A DNA stretch of 64,000 bases from positions 64,001 to 128,000 of the forward strand of contig JAJPHT010000029.1 of assembly GCA_021325135.1 (NCBI GenBank). The letters run 5' to 3'. A program made the position numbers and the translations under genes. Below the pieces are notes generated by a model. The model ran no database searches and was not told the origin of the DNA. It saw only the letters and a list, made by a program, of their open reading frames with translations. This stretch comes from Pseudomonadota bacterium. GTDB taxonomy: Archaea > Thermoplasmatota > SW-10-69-26 > JACQPN01 > JAJPHT01. Numbering within the stretch: position 1 is the first letter of the stretch; every line of letters begins with the position of its first letter. Of this stretch, positions 1-10,642 are shown one piece after another.

Positions 1-2591
1 AGCTGGCGAGCCACCAGCTCATGCAGGGCTCGACGACGCTCCTGGACACGCGCCTGCGCACGCCCTCCTACGGCTCCGCTCCCGGAGAGACCATCGCCAC
101 GTGGTCCACGACGCAGGCCAGCCTCACCCGCGTCCTGCGCGTCGTGAACGGCAGCATCGAGGTGACGTTCACCGCCACCGCGCCCGCCGGCCCCGCGCCC
201 ACCGTGCAGACGGTGTACCTGCGCCACGGCAGCCTCGTGGGCGACACGGTCATCGGCAACTGGACCGGCGGCGCGGCCGCGCCCGCGCTGCGTCTCGACC
301 TGGGCGCCGCCGCGACCACCGTCGCGACGTTCACCACCTCGCCCCTGGCCGGCGCGCGCTGGAGGATCGCCCCCGCGCACCCCGTGGACGCCCGCATGGC
401 GCCCTCCCTGTCTGGTGATATCATCCTCTCGGGCAAGGTCGTCGCCGTCTACCCGGCGAGCTTCGTCCTCCAGGACCGCTCCGGCGCCGCCACGGTCAGC
501 CTGGGCGGCCAGTCCGGCGTCCGCGTGGGCGACATCGCCTACGCGCGCGTCGAGGGCGACGGCAACGGCACGCTCGCGCTCACGGACTACCACGTCACCG
601 GCCACGCCTCCGTCGTCTCCACGCCCGTGGACGCCGCCGGCGCGGCGGCCCTGTTCGCCGCCAACGGCACCATGCTGGTCGACGTCTCGGGCACCGTCGT
701 CTCGCAGAGCGCCAACGCCGTCGTGATCGCCACCGCCACCGGCAACCTCGCGGTCTCCTACGGGAGCGCCGCCCCCGCGGTGGCGCCCGGCGAGCCCTAC
801 GTGGCGCGCGGCGCGCTGACCTCCGCCACGACGCTCCTCTCCGTCCCGCCCACCGTCCGCATCGCCCTCTCGGGCAGCACGTTCGGCCCCTGGTACACCA
901 GCGCCGTGGGCGTCTCCCTGGTGGCGACGGGCGCCGCGTCCACGCAGCTCTCGCTGGACGGCGTCGCGGCGCAGGGCACCAGCGCCACCGCCACGCAGGA
1001 GGGGCTCCACTCGGCCACCGGCAGCGCCACCGACGCGCTGGGCAACGTCGCGCCCATCTCCCGCGCCTTCAGCGTCGACACCGCCGCGCCCACGACGCAG
1101 CTGGCCCTGGTGGGCCCCTCCTACTCGGGCTCCGTCGTGTTCGTGGCGCCCTCCACCACGTTCCGCCTCGTGGCCACCGACGCCGTGAGCGGCGTCTCGG
1201 GCAGCACGCTCTGCGTGCGCGGCTCGTGCGCGCCCTACGCCTCGCCCGTCCCCGCGGGCTCCACCGAGGGCCCGGTCGCCCTCTCGTGGTGGAGCGTCGA
1301 CAACGCGGGCCACACCGAGACGAGCCACGCCAGCAGCGTCACCGTGGACGCCACCGGGCCCGCCGTCGACGCGAGCTTCGCGGGGACCGTGGGCCTCGCC
1401 GGGTGGTGGGTCAGCAACGTGACGGCCACCTTCTCGTGCGACGACGGGGCGGGCTCCGGCTGCGCCTACGTGCAGTATTCGCTGGACAACGGCTCGTGGA
1501 CCACCGCGGGCGCCTCCCTCCTCGTGAAGGGCGAGGCGCGCCACCCGCTGCTGATCCGCGGCGTCGACCGCGTCGGCAACGTGGGCCCCGCGCGCTCCTG
1601 GACGCTCCCCATCGACCTCTACGGCCCCAACATGGGCTGGTCGCTGGCCGGCCCCTTCGCCACGGACGCGCGCGGCTACACCGTCGTGAGCGCCAACACC
1701 ACGCTCCTCCTCGTGGGCCAGGACCGCTTCTCGGGCGTCGCGGGCCTCTGGTACGGCGTCAACGCCGCCGCCTCGCTCCCCTACCCGTCCTCGGGCATCG
1801 GCTTCCCCAACCAGACGGTGAACGAGACGATCTACGCCAACGGGACGGACAACGCCGGCAACGTCGGCCCCACGCTGCGCCTCGACCTCGTCGTGGACAA
1901 CGAGGCGCCCATCGCGAACCTCACCCAGCCGCCGCGCAACTCCGTCACCGTGGACGGCGCGGTCGTCACCCTCGACCCGCCGGGCATCATCGTGGGCGAC
2001 GTGCGCCGCTCGCTGACCGCCGTGCCCAGCGTGGACGCGCGCGGCAGCGCGGTCGTCGCCCGCAGCGTCACGGTGAACCTCACCGCCAACGACCGGCTCG
2101 TGAGGATCGCCCGCGTCGAGTTCTACGTGGACAACGAGACCTCGCCGCGCTACTTCTACGCCCACAGCGTGCCCACGGGCTGGTACACGTGGCTCTGGGA
2201 CGTCTCCACCGAGACGGCCGGCGACCACAACCTCACCGCCAAGGCCTACGACGAGCTAGGCAACGTCGCCGTGATCCGGCGCCTCGTGACCATCGTTGCC
2301 ATCCCGGCCACGTCCGGAGCGCCCGGAAGCGCCAACATGGGCGGCAACATGGTGACCCTCCTCAACGGCATGAACGTCTGCGTGCCGCAGGGCTGGCGCA
2401 ACAACCAGGCGCTCCTCCAGGGGAACATCGCCGACTGCATCCAGAACCTCATCAGCAAGATGACGCCCGTCGCGATGGGCGCCCCCAGCGCGGAGCGCGC
2501 GCCGCCCCGGGAGCCCGCGCCGTCGTCCCCCGACGCGGTGACACCAGATATTTGGCGAAGCAGGCGCGCTCAGGCCGAGGAGTCCCCGTGA
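1..2591 (+). CDS. Large surface/secreted protein, 5'-truncated, with OB-like segments and repeated Ig-like (OmpL47-type) modules
   Basis: Frame is open to the window edge; repeated DxxGN motifs (TDALGNV, VDNAGHT, VDRVGNV, TDNAGNV, YDELGNV); Thr/Ser/Val-rich. Confidence 0.7.
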   Translation, partial: LASHQLMQGSTTLLDTRLRTPSYGSAPGETIATWSTTQASLTRVLRVVNGSIEVTFTATAPAGPAPTVQTVYLRHGSLVGDTVIGNWTGGAAAPALRLDLGAAATTVATFTTSPLAGARWRIAPAHPVDARMAPSLSGDIILSGKVVAVYPASFVLQDRSGAATVSLGGQSGVRVGDIAYARVEGDGNGTLALTDYHVTGHASVVSTPVDAAGAAALFAANGTMLVDVSGTVVSQSANAVVIATATGNLAVSYGSAAPAVAPGEPYVARGALTSATTLLSVPPTVRIALSGSTFGPWYTSAVGVSLVATGAASTQLSLDGVAAQGTSATATQEGLHSATGSATDALGNVAPISRAFSVDTAAPTTQLALVGPSYSGSVVFVAPSTTFRLVATDAVSGVSGSTLCVRGSCAPYASPVPAGSTEGPVALSWWSVDNAGHTETSHASSVTVDATGPAVDASFAGTVGLAGWWVSNVTATFSCDDGAGSGCAYVQYSLDNGSWTTAGASLLVKGEARHPLLIRGVDRVGNVGPARSWTLPIDLYGPNMGWSLAGPFATDARGYTVVSANTTLLLVGQDRFSGVAGLWYGVNAAASLPYPSSGIGFPNQTVNETIYANGTDNAGNVGPTLRLDLVVDNEAPIANLTQPPRNSVTVDGAVVTLDPPGIIVGDVRRSLTAVPSVDARGSAVVARSVTVNLTANDRLVRIARVEFYVDNETSPRYFYAHSVPTGWYTWLWDVSTETAGDHNLTAKAYDELGNVAVIRRLVTIVAIPATSGAPGSANMGGNMVTLLNGMNVCVPQGWRNNQALLQGNIADCIQNLISKMTPVAMGAPSAERAPPREPAPSSPDAVTPDIWRSRRAQAEESP

Positions 2592-4429
2592 TGCCCCGAG
2601 CCTCCAGGATCGCCCCCCTCCTGGCCCTCCTCCTCGTCGCCACCTCCCTCGCCGCCCTGCCTGCGCAGGCCACCGCCGACGACTGCGGGCTCGGGACCGA
2701 CGCGTCCTCCGACGCCTTTGCTCCCTCCGCGGTGACGACGCCCCTGGGCCCGTGCACCGGGAACCTCGGCAGCTCCGACGCGCGGGACGCCTACGGCTTC
2801 CACCTCGACGCGGGGCAGGCCGTGAACGTCACCGTGGGCGCCCCTGCGGGCACCCAGCTGAGCGCGTGCGTCCTAGCGCCCGACGGCTCCTCCCAGGCGT
2901 GCGAGCACCGCGGCGCCGGCGCGACGACGCACCTCACCGAGGTCACCGCCACCGTGGGCGGCACCTACGTCCTCGTCGTCAGCCTCGACAGCGGAGGCGG
3001 GGACTACACCCTGGAGGTCGACGGGCCCTCCGGCGTCCCCGCGCAGGACGACTGCGACCTGGGCACCGACGCGCCCGCCGGCGCCAGCGCGCCCTACCTG
3101 CACCCCGGCCTCTCCTGCGACGGCGCCTTCCCCGAGGGCGACGAGATGGACTCCTACTCGCTGGACCTCCACCGGGGCGACACCGTCACCGCGACCATGA
3201 CGCGCGACGCCAACTACCCCACGATCTGCCTGCAGTCCCCCACGGGCGGCCTCACGTGCGACATGCCCGCGCTCAACCACACGGGCCTCGTGGGCGCCAC
3301 CGTCCAGGTCAGCGGCCAGTGGTCCCTCTACCTCTACGTGGACCCCGGCATCGTCTCCTCCTACCACCTCAACGTCACCCTCGCGCGCCCCGCCGCCGAC
3401 GACTGCCGCACCGGCGGCGACGCGGGCGACGACGCCGCGCACGCCAGCCGCGTCTTCACCCCCATGAACCGCTGCGAGGCCGAGCTGGCCTCCTCCGAGA
3501 CGCAGGACTGGTACGCCTTCAACGCCACGAAGGGCGACCCGCTCTCGGCCTCCGTGCAGGACGGCCCCTTCGTGGGCGCGACCCTCTGCCTCTTCGCCCC
3601 CGCCGCCTCCACGCCCGCCGCGTGCGCGAGCGCCGGGACCGGCGCGCAGGCCTCCCTCGCCCTCAACGCCACCGCCACCGGCGCGTGGCGGGCGCGCGTG
3701 CAGCGCGACTCGGGCGCGGGCTTCTACTCCCTCTCCCTGGTGGACCACCGCGCGGGGATGTTCAACGACCCGCCCGTGCTCCGCCTTCTCACCTGCGATC
3801 CCGGGCCGCACCTCGTGAACCAGGCGTTCACGTGCACGCTCATCGGGCACGACGACGGGCCCCAGGTCTTCTACACGTGGACCTACGGCGACGGCCGCTC
3901 GGGCCTGACCGCCGCCAAGGCGCCTGGCGATCCCGCCCTCGTGACGGTGCGTTACTCCGCCGCGGGCTCCTACGTCTTCCGCGCGCGCATCTCCGACAAC
4001 GACCTGCGCGGCCCGCCCACCTCGGAGTCGGGCAATGAGCTGACCATCACCCTCGTCGTGGGTCCCGGCAGCAGCGCGGCCACCTCGTGGAACGCGACCC
4101 TCGCCACGCCCTCCGTGGCGGCGCATCTCCAGGACCAGGCCTCGCGCCTCGCGGGCTACCGCGGCCCCACGCTCTCCGTCTACGCCGGGCAGGCCAGCTT
4201 CCCGCTGGATCGCCCCGCCGCGGGCGGCGAGGCCGTCAGCCTCTCGTGGACGCAGCCCGCGGACCTCGACGTCCTCTTCCAGGACTCGCAGGGCCGCGCG
4301 CTGCCCGGCGGCTGCGCGACCTCGGGCCTGGGCAGCGCGGAGTCGTGCGTGGCCCCCGCGGGCGCGCGCTTCCTCGTGGTGCGGCTCGCCACGGGCGCGG
4401 TCGCCGACTTCGGCCTCAAGCTGGGCTGA
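2591..4429 (+). CDS. Secreted protein with three PPC-like repeats and a PKD domain
   Basis: ATG overlaps the upstream stop (TGATG); signal peptide MPRASRIAPLLALLLVA; repeats DDCGLGTDA/DDCDLGTDA/DDCRTGGDA; PKD-like TWTYGDG. Confidence 0.75.
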   Translation: MPRASRIAPLLALLLVATSLAALPAQATADDCGLGTDASSDAFAPSAVTTPLGPCTGNLGSSDARDAYGFHLDAGQAVNVTVGAPAGTQLSACVLAPDGSSQACEHRGAGATTHLTEVTATVGGTYVLVVSLDSGGGDYTLEVDGPSGVPAQDDCDLGTDAPAGASAPYLHPGLSCDGAFPEGDEMDSYSLDLHRGDTVTATMTRDANYPTICLQSPTGGLTCDMPALNHTGLVGATVQVSGQWSLYLYVDPGIVSSYHLNVTLARPAADDCRTGGDAGDDAAHASRVFTPMNRCEAELASSETQDWYAFNATKGDPLSASVQDGPFVGATLCLFAPAASTPAACASAGTGAQASLALNATATGAWRARVQRDSGAGFYSLSLVDHRAGMFNDPPVLRLLTCDPGPHLVNQAFTCTLIGHDDGPQVFYTWTYGDGRSGLTAAKAPGDPALVTVRYSAAGSYVFRARISDNDLRGPPTSESGNELTITLVVGPGSSAATSWNATLATPSVAAHLQDQASRLAGYRGPTLSVYAGQASFPLDRPAAGGEAVSLSWTQPADLDVLFQDSQGRALPGGCATSGLGSAESCVAPAGARFLVVRLATGAVADFGLKLG

Positions 4430-4486
4430 GGCGCGCGGCAACCCGCCTCAAACATCCTTTTCTCCCTGGGAAGTTTGCTGGCGGCC

Positions 4487-6487
4487 ATGACCCGCACGTC
4501 ATCCGCGCGCAAGCTGGGTCTTGCCGCCCTCGCCCTCATCCTCCTTCTCGTCCCCGCCGCGCCCTTCGGCCACGCGCAGACGCAGAACCTCAACAACACG
4601 GCGGGCTCGCCCAACGAGCTTTCGTCGCCCTACGGCGGCGGTGGCGGCGCGGGCTACACGACCTCCGGCACGTTCACCACCAACGCGGGCGGCTCGCCCC
4701 ACACCGAGTACTTCCGCGTGCTGGACCGCTTCCGCGCCTCGCCCGTGCAGGACCTGGACGGCGACGGCTTCGTCTCCCTCAACGCGGCCTTGACGCCCTC
4801 CGCCGCGCGCAAGATCGACGACCTCCCCAACCTCACCGACACGGACATCCTCACGCGCATCGTCGCGCTTGGCGTCACCAAGGACAAGATGGAGGCCGAC
4901 GTCGACGCGGGCCTCTCGTGGAACCCCGCCTTCGACGCCACGCGCGCCTCCGTGAAGCTCGACATCGACAACCAGCACTACAAGGACGCGGTCCTCCTTC
5001 TGCGCAGCACGCCCCTGGCCATGACGTACTGGTGCGGCATCCAGGGCGACACGCCCACGGGCTACCTGTGGACTGCCGCCATCCCCTACCCCATGGTGTG
5101 CAACGCGGCGAAGACCTCCCGCGTCACGGCCTACACCGCCCTCAACTGCCAGGCGACCTCCCTCACGTCCCCCACGCAGCAGCGCCCCTGGAAGGGGTGC
5201 TTCGAGCCCGCGGTGGACCCCAGCGGCTGGGCCTCGCACCCCGAGTCCACGGCGCGCGACATCAACCTCGTGAACATGACGACGACGTTCCGCGGCGAGG
5301 ACTCGGCCACGAGCTACCTCACCGTGCAGATGGGCGTGGGCTGGCGCGACCACCAGTTCGGCGCCATCGCCGCGACGCGCGACCTCTGGTCGATCCAGTT
5401 CCAGCTGACGCCCCTCACCTCGTCCAACCCCGTCGCGAACGTCGTCTGGGGCCGCACGACGCCCACCGCCTACTTCGACACCGCGCACCCCGTGACGTAC
5501 ACGTGGGGCTACAACTACAGCCTCGACCGCTCCCTCACGCTGGCCAACGTGGGGACCTCCAGCGCGTTCTCCGCCATCTTCCAGCTGAGCGACCGCGACA
5601 CCGGCGGCGAGTACGTCTGGAACGACCCCGACTGGGAGATCCGCTACCTCCGCGCCGTCACCAAGGACAACAACCCCATCCACGCCTACTTCGACCTGAA
5701 GGCGGGCAACGCGCTCCAGGCGAACTTCTGGAACCTCACCGACGACCAGGGCAACGTCGTCGTGCCGACGTTCCTCTCCGGGCTCCCCCCGGTGGGCGCC
5801 GCGGGCACCAAGCACGTCTTCCAGCTCTACCTCAACTCCTCCACCGACGTGGGCGCGAGGCCCATCTTCGCGTGGGCCGGCGAGTCCAGCTATACGTACT
5901 CGCTCTCGTCGGGCACCTTCGGGTCGGGCAAGATCGTGGGCCTGCCCAGCGGGACGATGATCGTGGGCGACGACGGCAGCGACGGCGACCTCATCCCCTC
6001 CGTCGACGTCGTCAAGCAGCTCTCCAGCGGGCCGGGCTACTTCCGCGGCCTCCTCTTCTCGGGGAAGACGGCGGGGCGCGTGTTCGACACGACCAACGAC
6101 AACGTCACGCGCTTCTTCGCCGCCGTGGGCACGCGCAACCCCTTCGACACGACCAGCTCGCCCTTCGTCTACCACGGCTCCAGGCCCGGCCAGTCGTCCA
6201 TCTCCCAGGACAACCTCACCATCGCGTCGAGCGCGATGAACTGGACGTGGGACGTCTCGGGCGGCGTGAACTTCACCGACAACGTGAGCATGATCGACGC
6301 GCACACGTCGCAGTACCTCATCACGCCCCACATCTCCTCGTGCGATCCCCAGTGCACGGGCACCCTGGGCGACGACGACAAGCTCTCCTTCACCGTGGAC
6401 GGCGCGGTGAAGGCGTGGGAGTGGACGCCGCTGGTGCCCAACACCGCGTCGTGCGCATACAAGTACCTCGACGGCACCTGCCTGTGA
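4487..6487 (+). CDS. Secreted hypothetical protein (cell-surface glycoprotein-like)
   Basis: Signal peptide ending GHAQ; Thr/Asn/Asp-rich with NxT/S sequons; high GC3. Confidence 0.75.
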   Translation: MTRTSSARKLGLAALALILLLVPAAPFGHAQTQNLNNTAGSPNELSSPYGGGGGAGYTTSGTFTTNAGGSPHTEYFRVLDRFRASPVQDLDGDGFVSLNAALTPSAARKIDDLPNLTDTDILTRIVALGVTKDKMEADVDAGLSWNPAFDATRASVKLDIDNQHYKDAVLLLRSTPLAMTYWCGIQGDTPTGYLWTAAIPYPMVCNAAKTSRVTAYTALNCQATSLTSPTQQRPWKGCFEPAVDPSGWASHPESTARDINLVNMTTTFRGEDSATSYLTVQMGVGWRDHQFGAIAATRDLWSIQFQLTPLTSSNPVANVVWGRTTPTAYFDTAHPVTYTWGYNYSLDRSLTLANVGTSSAFSAIFQLSDRDTGGEYVWNDPDWEIRYLRAVTKDNNPIHAYFDLKAGNALQANFWNLTDDQGNVVVPTFLSGLPPVGAAGTKHVFQLYLNSSTDVGARPIFAWAGESSYTYSLSSGTFGSGKIVGLPSGTMIVGDDGSDGDLIPSVDVVKQLSSGPGYFRGLLFSGKTAGRVFDTTNDNVTRFFAAVGTRNPFDTTSSPFVYHGSRPGQSSISQDNLTIASSAMNWTWDVSGGVNFTDNVSMIDAHTSQYLITPHISSCDPQCTGTLGDDDKLSFTVDGAVKAWEWTPLVPNTASCAYKYLDGTCL

Positions 6488-6492
6488 GGACC

Positions 6493-8379
6493 ATGCGCCC
6501 CACCCTGCGCGCCCTGCTCGCCGCCGCGCTGCTGCTCCCGCTCCTGCCCGCCGCGCAGGCGCAGGGATCGCCTCCGGAGCCCGTCTCCGGCGCGGCGGCC
6601 GCCGCCGTGGGCGAGGCCGTCTACCTCTTCGGAGGGACCGGCGCGTCGGGCGCCAGCGATGGGATCGCGCGCGTGACGCCCGACGGCCGGGCCGCCAGCG
6701 TCGCCGCGCGCCTCCCCGCGCCCATGACGGGCGTCGCGGCGGCGTGGACGGGGGACGTGGTGCTCCTGGTGGGCGGCGCCCAGGACGGGCGCCCCACGGA
6801 CCGCGTCCTCGCCTACTCGCCCCAGGAGGACCGCGTGACGGAGCTGGCGGCGCGCCTCCCCGAGCCCGTCTCGCGCGCCGCCGTCGCCTGGACCGGGAAG
6901 ACGCTCCTGGTCTTCGGAGGGACTGAGTCCGGGCGCGTCATCGAGGTCGACCCCGCGGCGCCTTCGGCCCGCGCGCTGGACGCGCGCCTGCCCAGCCCGC
7001 GCGTGGGCATGGTGGCCGCGTGGGCGCCCTCCGCGTGCCCGGGAGGGTGCGCCTTCGCCTTCGGCGGGACCGACTGCGCGCTGGGCTGCTCGCAGCCCTC
7101 CGCGGGCGCGTTCCGCTACAGCCCCGCCAACGGCTCGCTGGACGCCGTGGCGGACCTCCCCGCCGCGGGCTGCTGCGAGGTCGCCGCGCGCGTGGAGGGG
7201 CGCATCGCGCTCCTCTCCACCGACCTCTACTCCTACGACCCCGCCACGGACAAGTATGATATCATCCCCCATCCGCTCGCGGCGCCGAGGCCCGGCGTGC
7301 GCGGCGCGGCCGTGGGCGACCGCCTCCTCCTCTTCGGCGGGATGGAGTGCGGCGCCACGCGGTGCGAGCCCTCCGCGCGCGTCCTCTCCCTCGACCCCGC
7401 CACCGGGGAATCCACCTCCTTCGGGCGGCTTCCTGCTCCGCTCGCGGACGCGGCCGCCGCGCCGAAGCAGGGCGACCTCTTCCTCCTGGGCGGCCGCGGC
7501 CCCCAAGGCCCCGTGGACACGGTCCTGCGCCTCGACCCCGCCACGCGCGAGACGACGCTCCTCCCCGCGCGCCTCCCCGAGCCCCGGGAGAAGGCCAGCG
7601 CCGCGTGGACCGCCTCGGGGCTCCTCCTCGCGGGCGGCGCCACGCCCGCCGGCCTCAGCGATTCCATCCTCCGCTGGGACGGCCGCGGCGCCTTCGCCCA
7701 GGCGGGCCGCCTTCCCCACCCGGTCGCCGGCGCGGCCTCCGCCACCGACGGCGCGCGCGTCTGGCTCGCCGGCGGCTCGGGCCCCTCGGGAGCGCGGGAC
7801 GAGGTGCTGCTCCTCGCCGCCGGCGGGGGCAGCGCCACGGTGGTCGGCCACCTCCCCGAGCCGCGCCGGGACGCCGCAGGCGCCTGGGACGGCTCGCGGC
7901 TCCTGATCCTGGGCGGGAGCGTGTGCCCCGCCGGGGGCGCCTGCCGCGCCACCGACGACGCGCTGGCCTTCGACCCCGCCACCGGCGACGTCCAGCGCCT
8001 CGCGCCGCTTCCCTTCGCGGTCTCCTCCGCCGCGGTCGCCGCGCGGGGCGGAAGCGTCTGGCTCGCGGGCGGCTGCGGCGAGCCGTGCACCGCCTCCACC
8101 GCGACCCCCGCCGCGCAGGCGCTTCCTGCGGGGGGATCGCCCCAGGCCCTCGCCGACAAGCTGCCCAGCGCGCGCTCGGGCGCCGCCGCCGTCGCGCTCC
8201 AGGGGAAGCTCGTCGTCGCGGGCGGCCGCGCGGCGGAGGGCGCCCTGGACGAGGTGGCCGTGCTGGACGCGACGCGCGTCGAGGCGCCGCAGAAGGCGGC
8301 GCGCCCCGCGCCGGCCCCCGCGCCCTTCCTGGCGCTGGCGGCCGCAGCGCTCCTGGCGCGCCGGGCTCAAAGGCGGTAG
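6493..8379 (+). CDS. Secreted Kelch-repeat beta-propeller protein with a C-terminal sorting/anchor signal
   Basis: GAGGA RBS; signal peptide; many hhhGG Kelch motifs (YLFGG, LVFGG, LLFGG, WLAGG); tail PAPAPFLALAAAALLARRAQRR. Confidence 0.8.
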   Translation: MRPTLRALLAAALLLPLLPAAQAQGSPPEPVSGAAAAAVGEAVYLFGGTGASGASDGIARVTPDGRAASVAARLPAPMTGVAAAWTGDVVLLVGGAQDGRPTDRVLAYSPQEDRVTELAARLPEPVSRAAVAWTGKTLLVFGGTESGRVIEVDPAAPSARALDARLPSPRVGMVAAWAPSACPGGCAFAFGGTDCALGCSQPSAGAFRYSPANGSLDAVADLPAAGCCEVAARVEGRIALLSTDLYSYDPATDKYDIIPHPLAAPRPGVRGAAVGDRLLLFGGMECGATRCEPSARVLSLDPATGESTSFGRLPAPLADAAAAPKQGDLFLLGGRGPQGPVDTVLRLDPATRETTLLPARLPEPREKASAAWTASGLLLAGGATPAGLSDSILRWDGRGAFAQAGRLPHPVAGAASATDGARVWLAGGSGPSGARDEVLLLAAGGGSATVVGHLPEPRRDAAGAWDGSRLLILGGSVCPAGGACRATDDALAFDPATGDVQRLAPLPFAVSSAAVAARGGSVWLAGGCGEPCTASTATPAAQALPAGGSPQALADKLPSARSGAAAVALQGKLVVAGGRAAEGALDEVAVLDATRVEAPQKAARPAPAPAPFLALAAAALLARRAQRR

Positions 8380-8687
8380 CGGGCGCAGAGCGGACACCGC
8401 ACGGCGTGGAGCTCCTGCTCGATCTCCTCGGCGCTCTTGCCGTCGGGGTGGTGGAAGAGGATCTCGCGCCCGCGCACGGCAAGCTGGACGCCGCCTGTGA
8501 CGGCCAGGTCGGCCAGCTCCGCGGAGTCGCGCACCTCGGTGATCCACGCCAGGACCACGTCGGCCTCCTCCAGGGAGACCTCCCCCTCGGGGTCCAGCCG
8601 CGCGAGGTTGAGCAGGACGTCGGAGAGCTGGCCCGCGTCGAGGCGGCCCGCGTAGGGTCCGCGCAGCCTCGCCACGGCCTCGGCCAC
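8367..8687 (-). CDS. Small hypothetical protein with C-terminal H..CxxC
   Basis: Protein-like acidic ORF ending HAVRCPLCARYRL; GTG start is uncertain. Confidence 0.6.
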   Translation of the reverse strand: MAEAVARLRGPYAGRLDAGQLSDVLLNLARLDPEGEVSLEEADVVLAWITEVRDSAELADLAVTGGVQLAVRGREILFHHPDGKSAEEIEQELHAVRCPLCARYRL

Positions 8688-8750
8688 GGGGACCCGACCC
8701 CTTTGAGGCTCCGCTTCGCCGGCTCGCATCGCGCCTTGACGCCGCCGGGC

Positions 8751-8766
8751 CTATAAATCGAGATTT
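8751..8766 (+). promoter_or_regulatory. TATA-like box overlapping the palindrome AAATCGAGATTT
   Basis: CTATAAATCGAGATTT in a divergent intergenic region of a GC-rich genome. Confidence 0.4.
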
Positions 8767-8885
8767 GCCTGGGGCTGCCGGGAACGCCCCCCTTGAACGG
8801 GTCCAGACGCAGAGCCCGGATCGGCAATCGGCATCAAACAACCCTAAGTAGGGGCGATCCCGTCGAGCGGCTGGAGGATAACAAC

Positions 8886-9098
8886 ATGAGTCGAACCGCG
8901 ATTCTCCTCGCCCTTCTTGCCCTCGCCTCGTTGACCCCCCTCGCCACGGCGGAGATCACCCCCCAGTCCGACCTGCTGAACCCCACCTTTGTCCTGGGCA
9001 AGGGTCCCTGCAGCAGCGCCGACGACTGCTGCCCGCTGGACCCCACCTACTACGTGACCCACCCCTACGGCGTGACGAACAACTGCCAACAGGCCTGA
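8886..9098 (+). CDS. Small secreted Cys-rich peptide (70 aa, 4 Cys)
   Basis: GGAGG RBS; signal peptide ending ATA; mature EITPQ...PCSSADDCCPLD...NNCQQA. Confidence 0.75.
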   Translation: MSRTAILLALLALASLTPLATAEITPQSDLLNPTFVLGKGPCSSADDCCPLDPTYYVTHPYGVTNNCQQA

Positions 9099-9114
9099 TC
9101 CGGGAAGCCTCGAC

Positions 9115-10596
9115 ATGACGCCCGCGCCGGTCCGCCTCCTGGTCCCGCTCGCCCTGGCTGCCCTCCTCAGCCTCGGCGCCGCGTCGGCCAGCAGCGCGAT
9201 TGACGCGGGCGTCGCCTACGTCCAGGTCCAGGACTCGCGGGGGTCGGAGTGCGGCTCCCCCGTCCCGGACGTCTGCGCGGCCTCCACGCACGTCGACCCC
9301 GCCTCTCCGGGCGAGTCCACGGTGGACGCCTACCAGCGCATCGACTACGTCGGCGTCGCCACCAACCCCGACGGCGCCGGCATCCCCGTTTCCTCTCTTG
9401 GGCTCCCGGTCCCCGACGAGTCCTACACCGTCCACGGCAGCGACCTCTACGTCCGCGAGCCCTTCGTCCGCTTCGCGACGGAGCGCTGGCAGGACGTCTC
9501 CTCCCACCTCCCCGGCACGCCCGCCTACCTCCACATGGGGAGCGACGGCGTGGGCCTCCACTACGACGGCCCCAGCCCGTGGGACCCCAGCACCAGCGGG
9601 CCCCAGGCCGTGGGCTTCGACTATTCCCACGGCCAGGGCGTCGGCTACGAGCAGGTGGGCCCCGTGAACGCGCCCACCGGCACCAGCACCGACGAGGACG
9701 CCACCGGCTGGGAGACCGAGGTCTGCGACCCCGCCGACGCCACCTGCCACGGCGTCGCCCAGGGCTTCCGCGAGGCCTCGCCGAACGCCACCTGGGGCCT
9801 TGAGATCTACGACCTCCAGGCCGCCTCCAACCGCAGCGCGCTCACGGGCCCCGTCGCGCCCCATCTCGCCGCCGCCCCCGCCGCCCCGGCGGCGCCCGCG
9901 CCCGCCCCCCTTGTGGCGGCCGTTCCCCCCAGCCCCGGCGCCATCCCGCCGGCCGTCCACGCCCGCGCCGACGCCCCCGCGCCCTTCGCCGCCCGCGCGC
10001 CCCCCGCCCCGCGCGACGAGGGCGCGAAGGTCCTCGCCCGCGCCTCGGCCGGGGTGGCTCCCCCCTCGGCGCTGCGCGACCTCGCCGTCGCCGTGGCCGG
10101 CGGCGCCGTCCTGGCCGCGATCTTCAGCTCCCTCTACAACCGCTTCACCACCCGCGCCGAGGTCCTGGAGTCGGACGTCCGCGCGAAGCTCCTCCAGCTC
10201 ATCGGCGAGCGGCCGGGCATCTGCATCTCCGACGCCGTCCCCAGCCTGGGCATGACGCGCAACGCCGTGCTCCACCACGTCCGCATGCTGGCCCGCGCCC
10301 GCGTCATCGTCGTCGTCACCGAGGAGGGGCGCAAGCTGCTCTACCTCCCCGGCACGCAGCCGCAGCAGAGCCCCCTTCCCCCTGCCCTCCTGCGCCACCC
10401 CGTGCGCGGCGCCCTCCTCGCCGCCCTGCGCGAGTCCCCCGGCGGCATGACGCGCGACCAGGTGCACCAGCTGCTCTCCCACGTCCCGGAGCGCACCCGC
10501 AACTACACCATCGCCAGGCTCGCCGAGCGCAACATCATCCAGCAGCGCGCCGGGCCTGCAGGCGAGGCGATGCTGGTGCTCAACGAGGCCCCCTGA
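9115..10596 (+). CDS. Membrane-tethered transcription regulator: ectodomain, Pro/Ala linker, TM, tandem winged HTH
   Basis: Signal peptide; TM LAVAVAGGAVLAAIFSSLY; wHTH VLESDVRAKLLQLIGERPG...LGMTRNAVLHHVRML; second HTH after HPVRGALL. Confidence 0.8.
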   Translation: MTPAPVRLLVPLALAALLSLGAASASSAIDAGVAYVQVQDSRGSECGSPVPDVCAASTHVDPASPGESTVDAYQRIDYVGVATNPDGAGIPVSSLGLPVPDESYTVHGSDLYVREPFVRFATERWQDVSSHLPGTPAYLHMGSDGVGLHYDGPSPWDPSTSGPQAVGFDYSHGQGVGYEQVGPVNAPTGTSTDEDATGWETEVCDPADATCHGVAQGFREASPNATWGLEIYDLQAASNRSALTGPVAPHLAAAPAAPAAPAPAPLVAAVPPSPGAIPPAVHARADAPAPFAARAPPAPRDEGAKVLARASAGVAPPSALRDLAVAVAGGAVLAAIFSSLYNRFTTRAEVLESDVRAKLLQLIGERPGICISDAVPSLGMTRNAVLHHVRMLARARVIVVVTEEGRKLLYLPGTQPQQSPLPPALLRHPVRGALLAALRESPGGMTRDQVHQLLSHVPERTRNYTIARLAERNIIQQRAGPAGEAMLVLNEAP

Positions 10597-10642
10597 GGCC
10601 GCAGGGACAAGCGCCATACGCGGGGACCCCGCTGCCCGCGCC

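Noticed and set aside
4087-6492. Long N-terminal extensions in the ORF track (Kelch, PPC protein, thiolase, acyl-CoA synthetase, thiB, uvrA)
   Set aside because: They overlap other real genes; internal starts with signal peptides, RBS or family N-termini fit better
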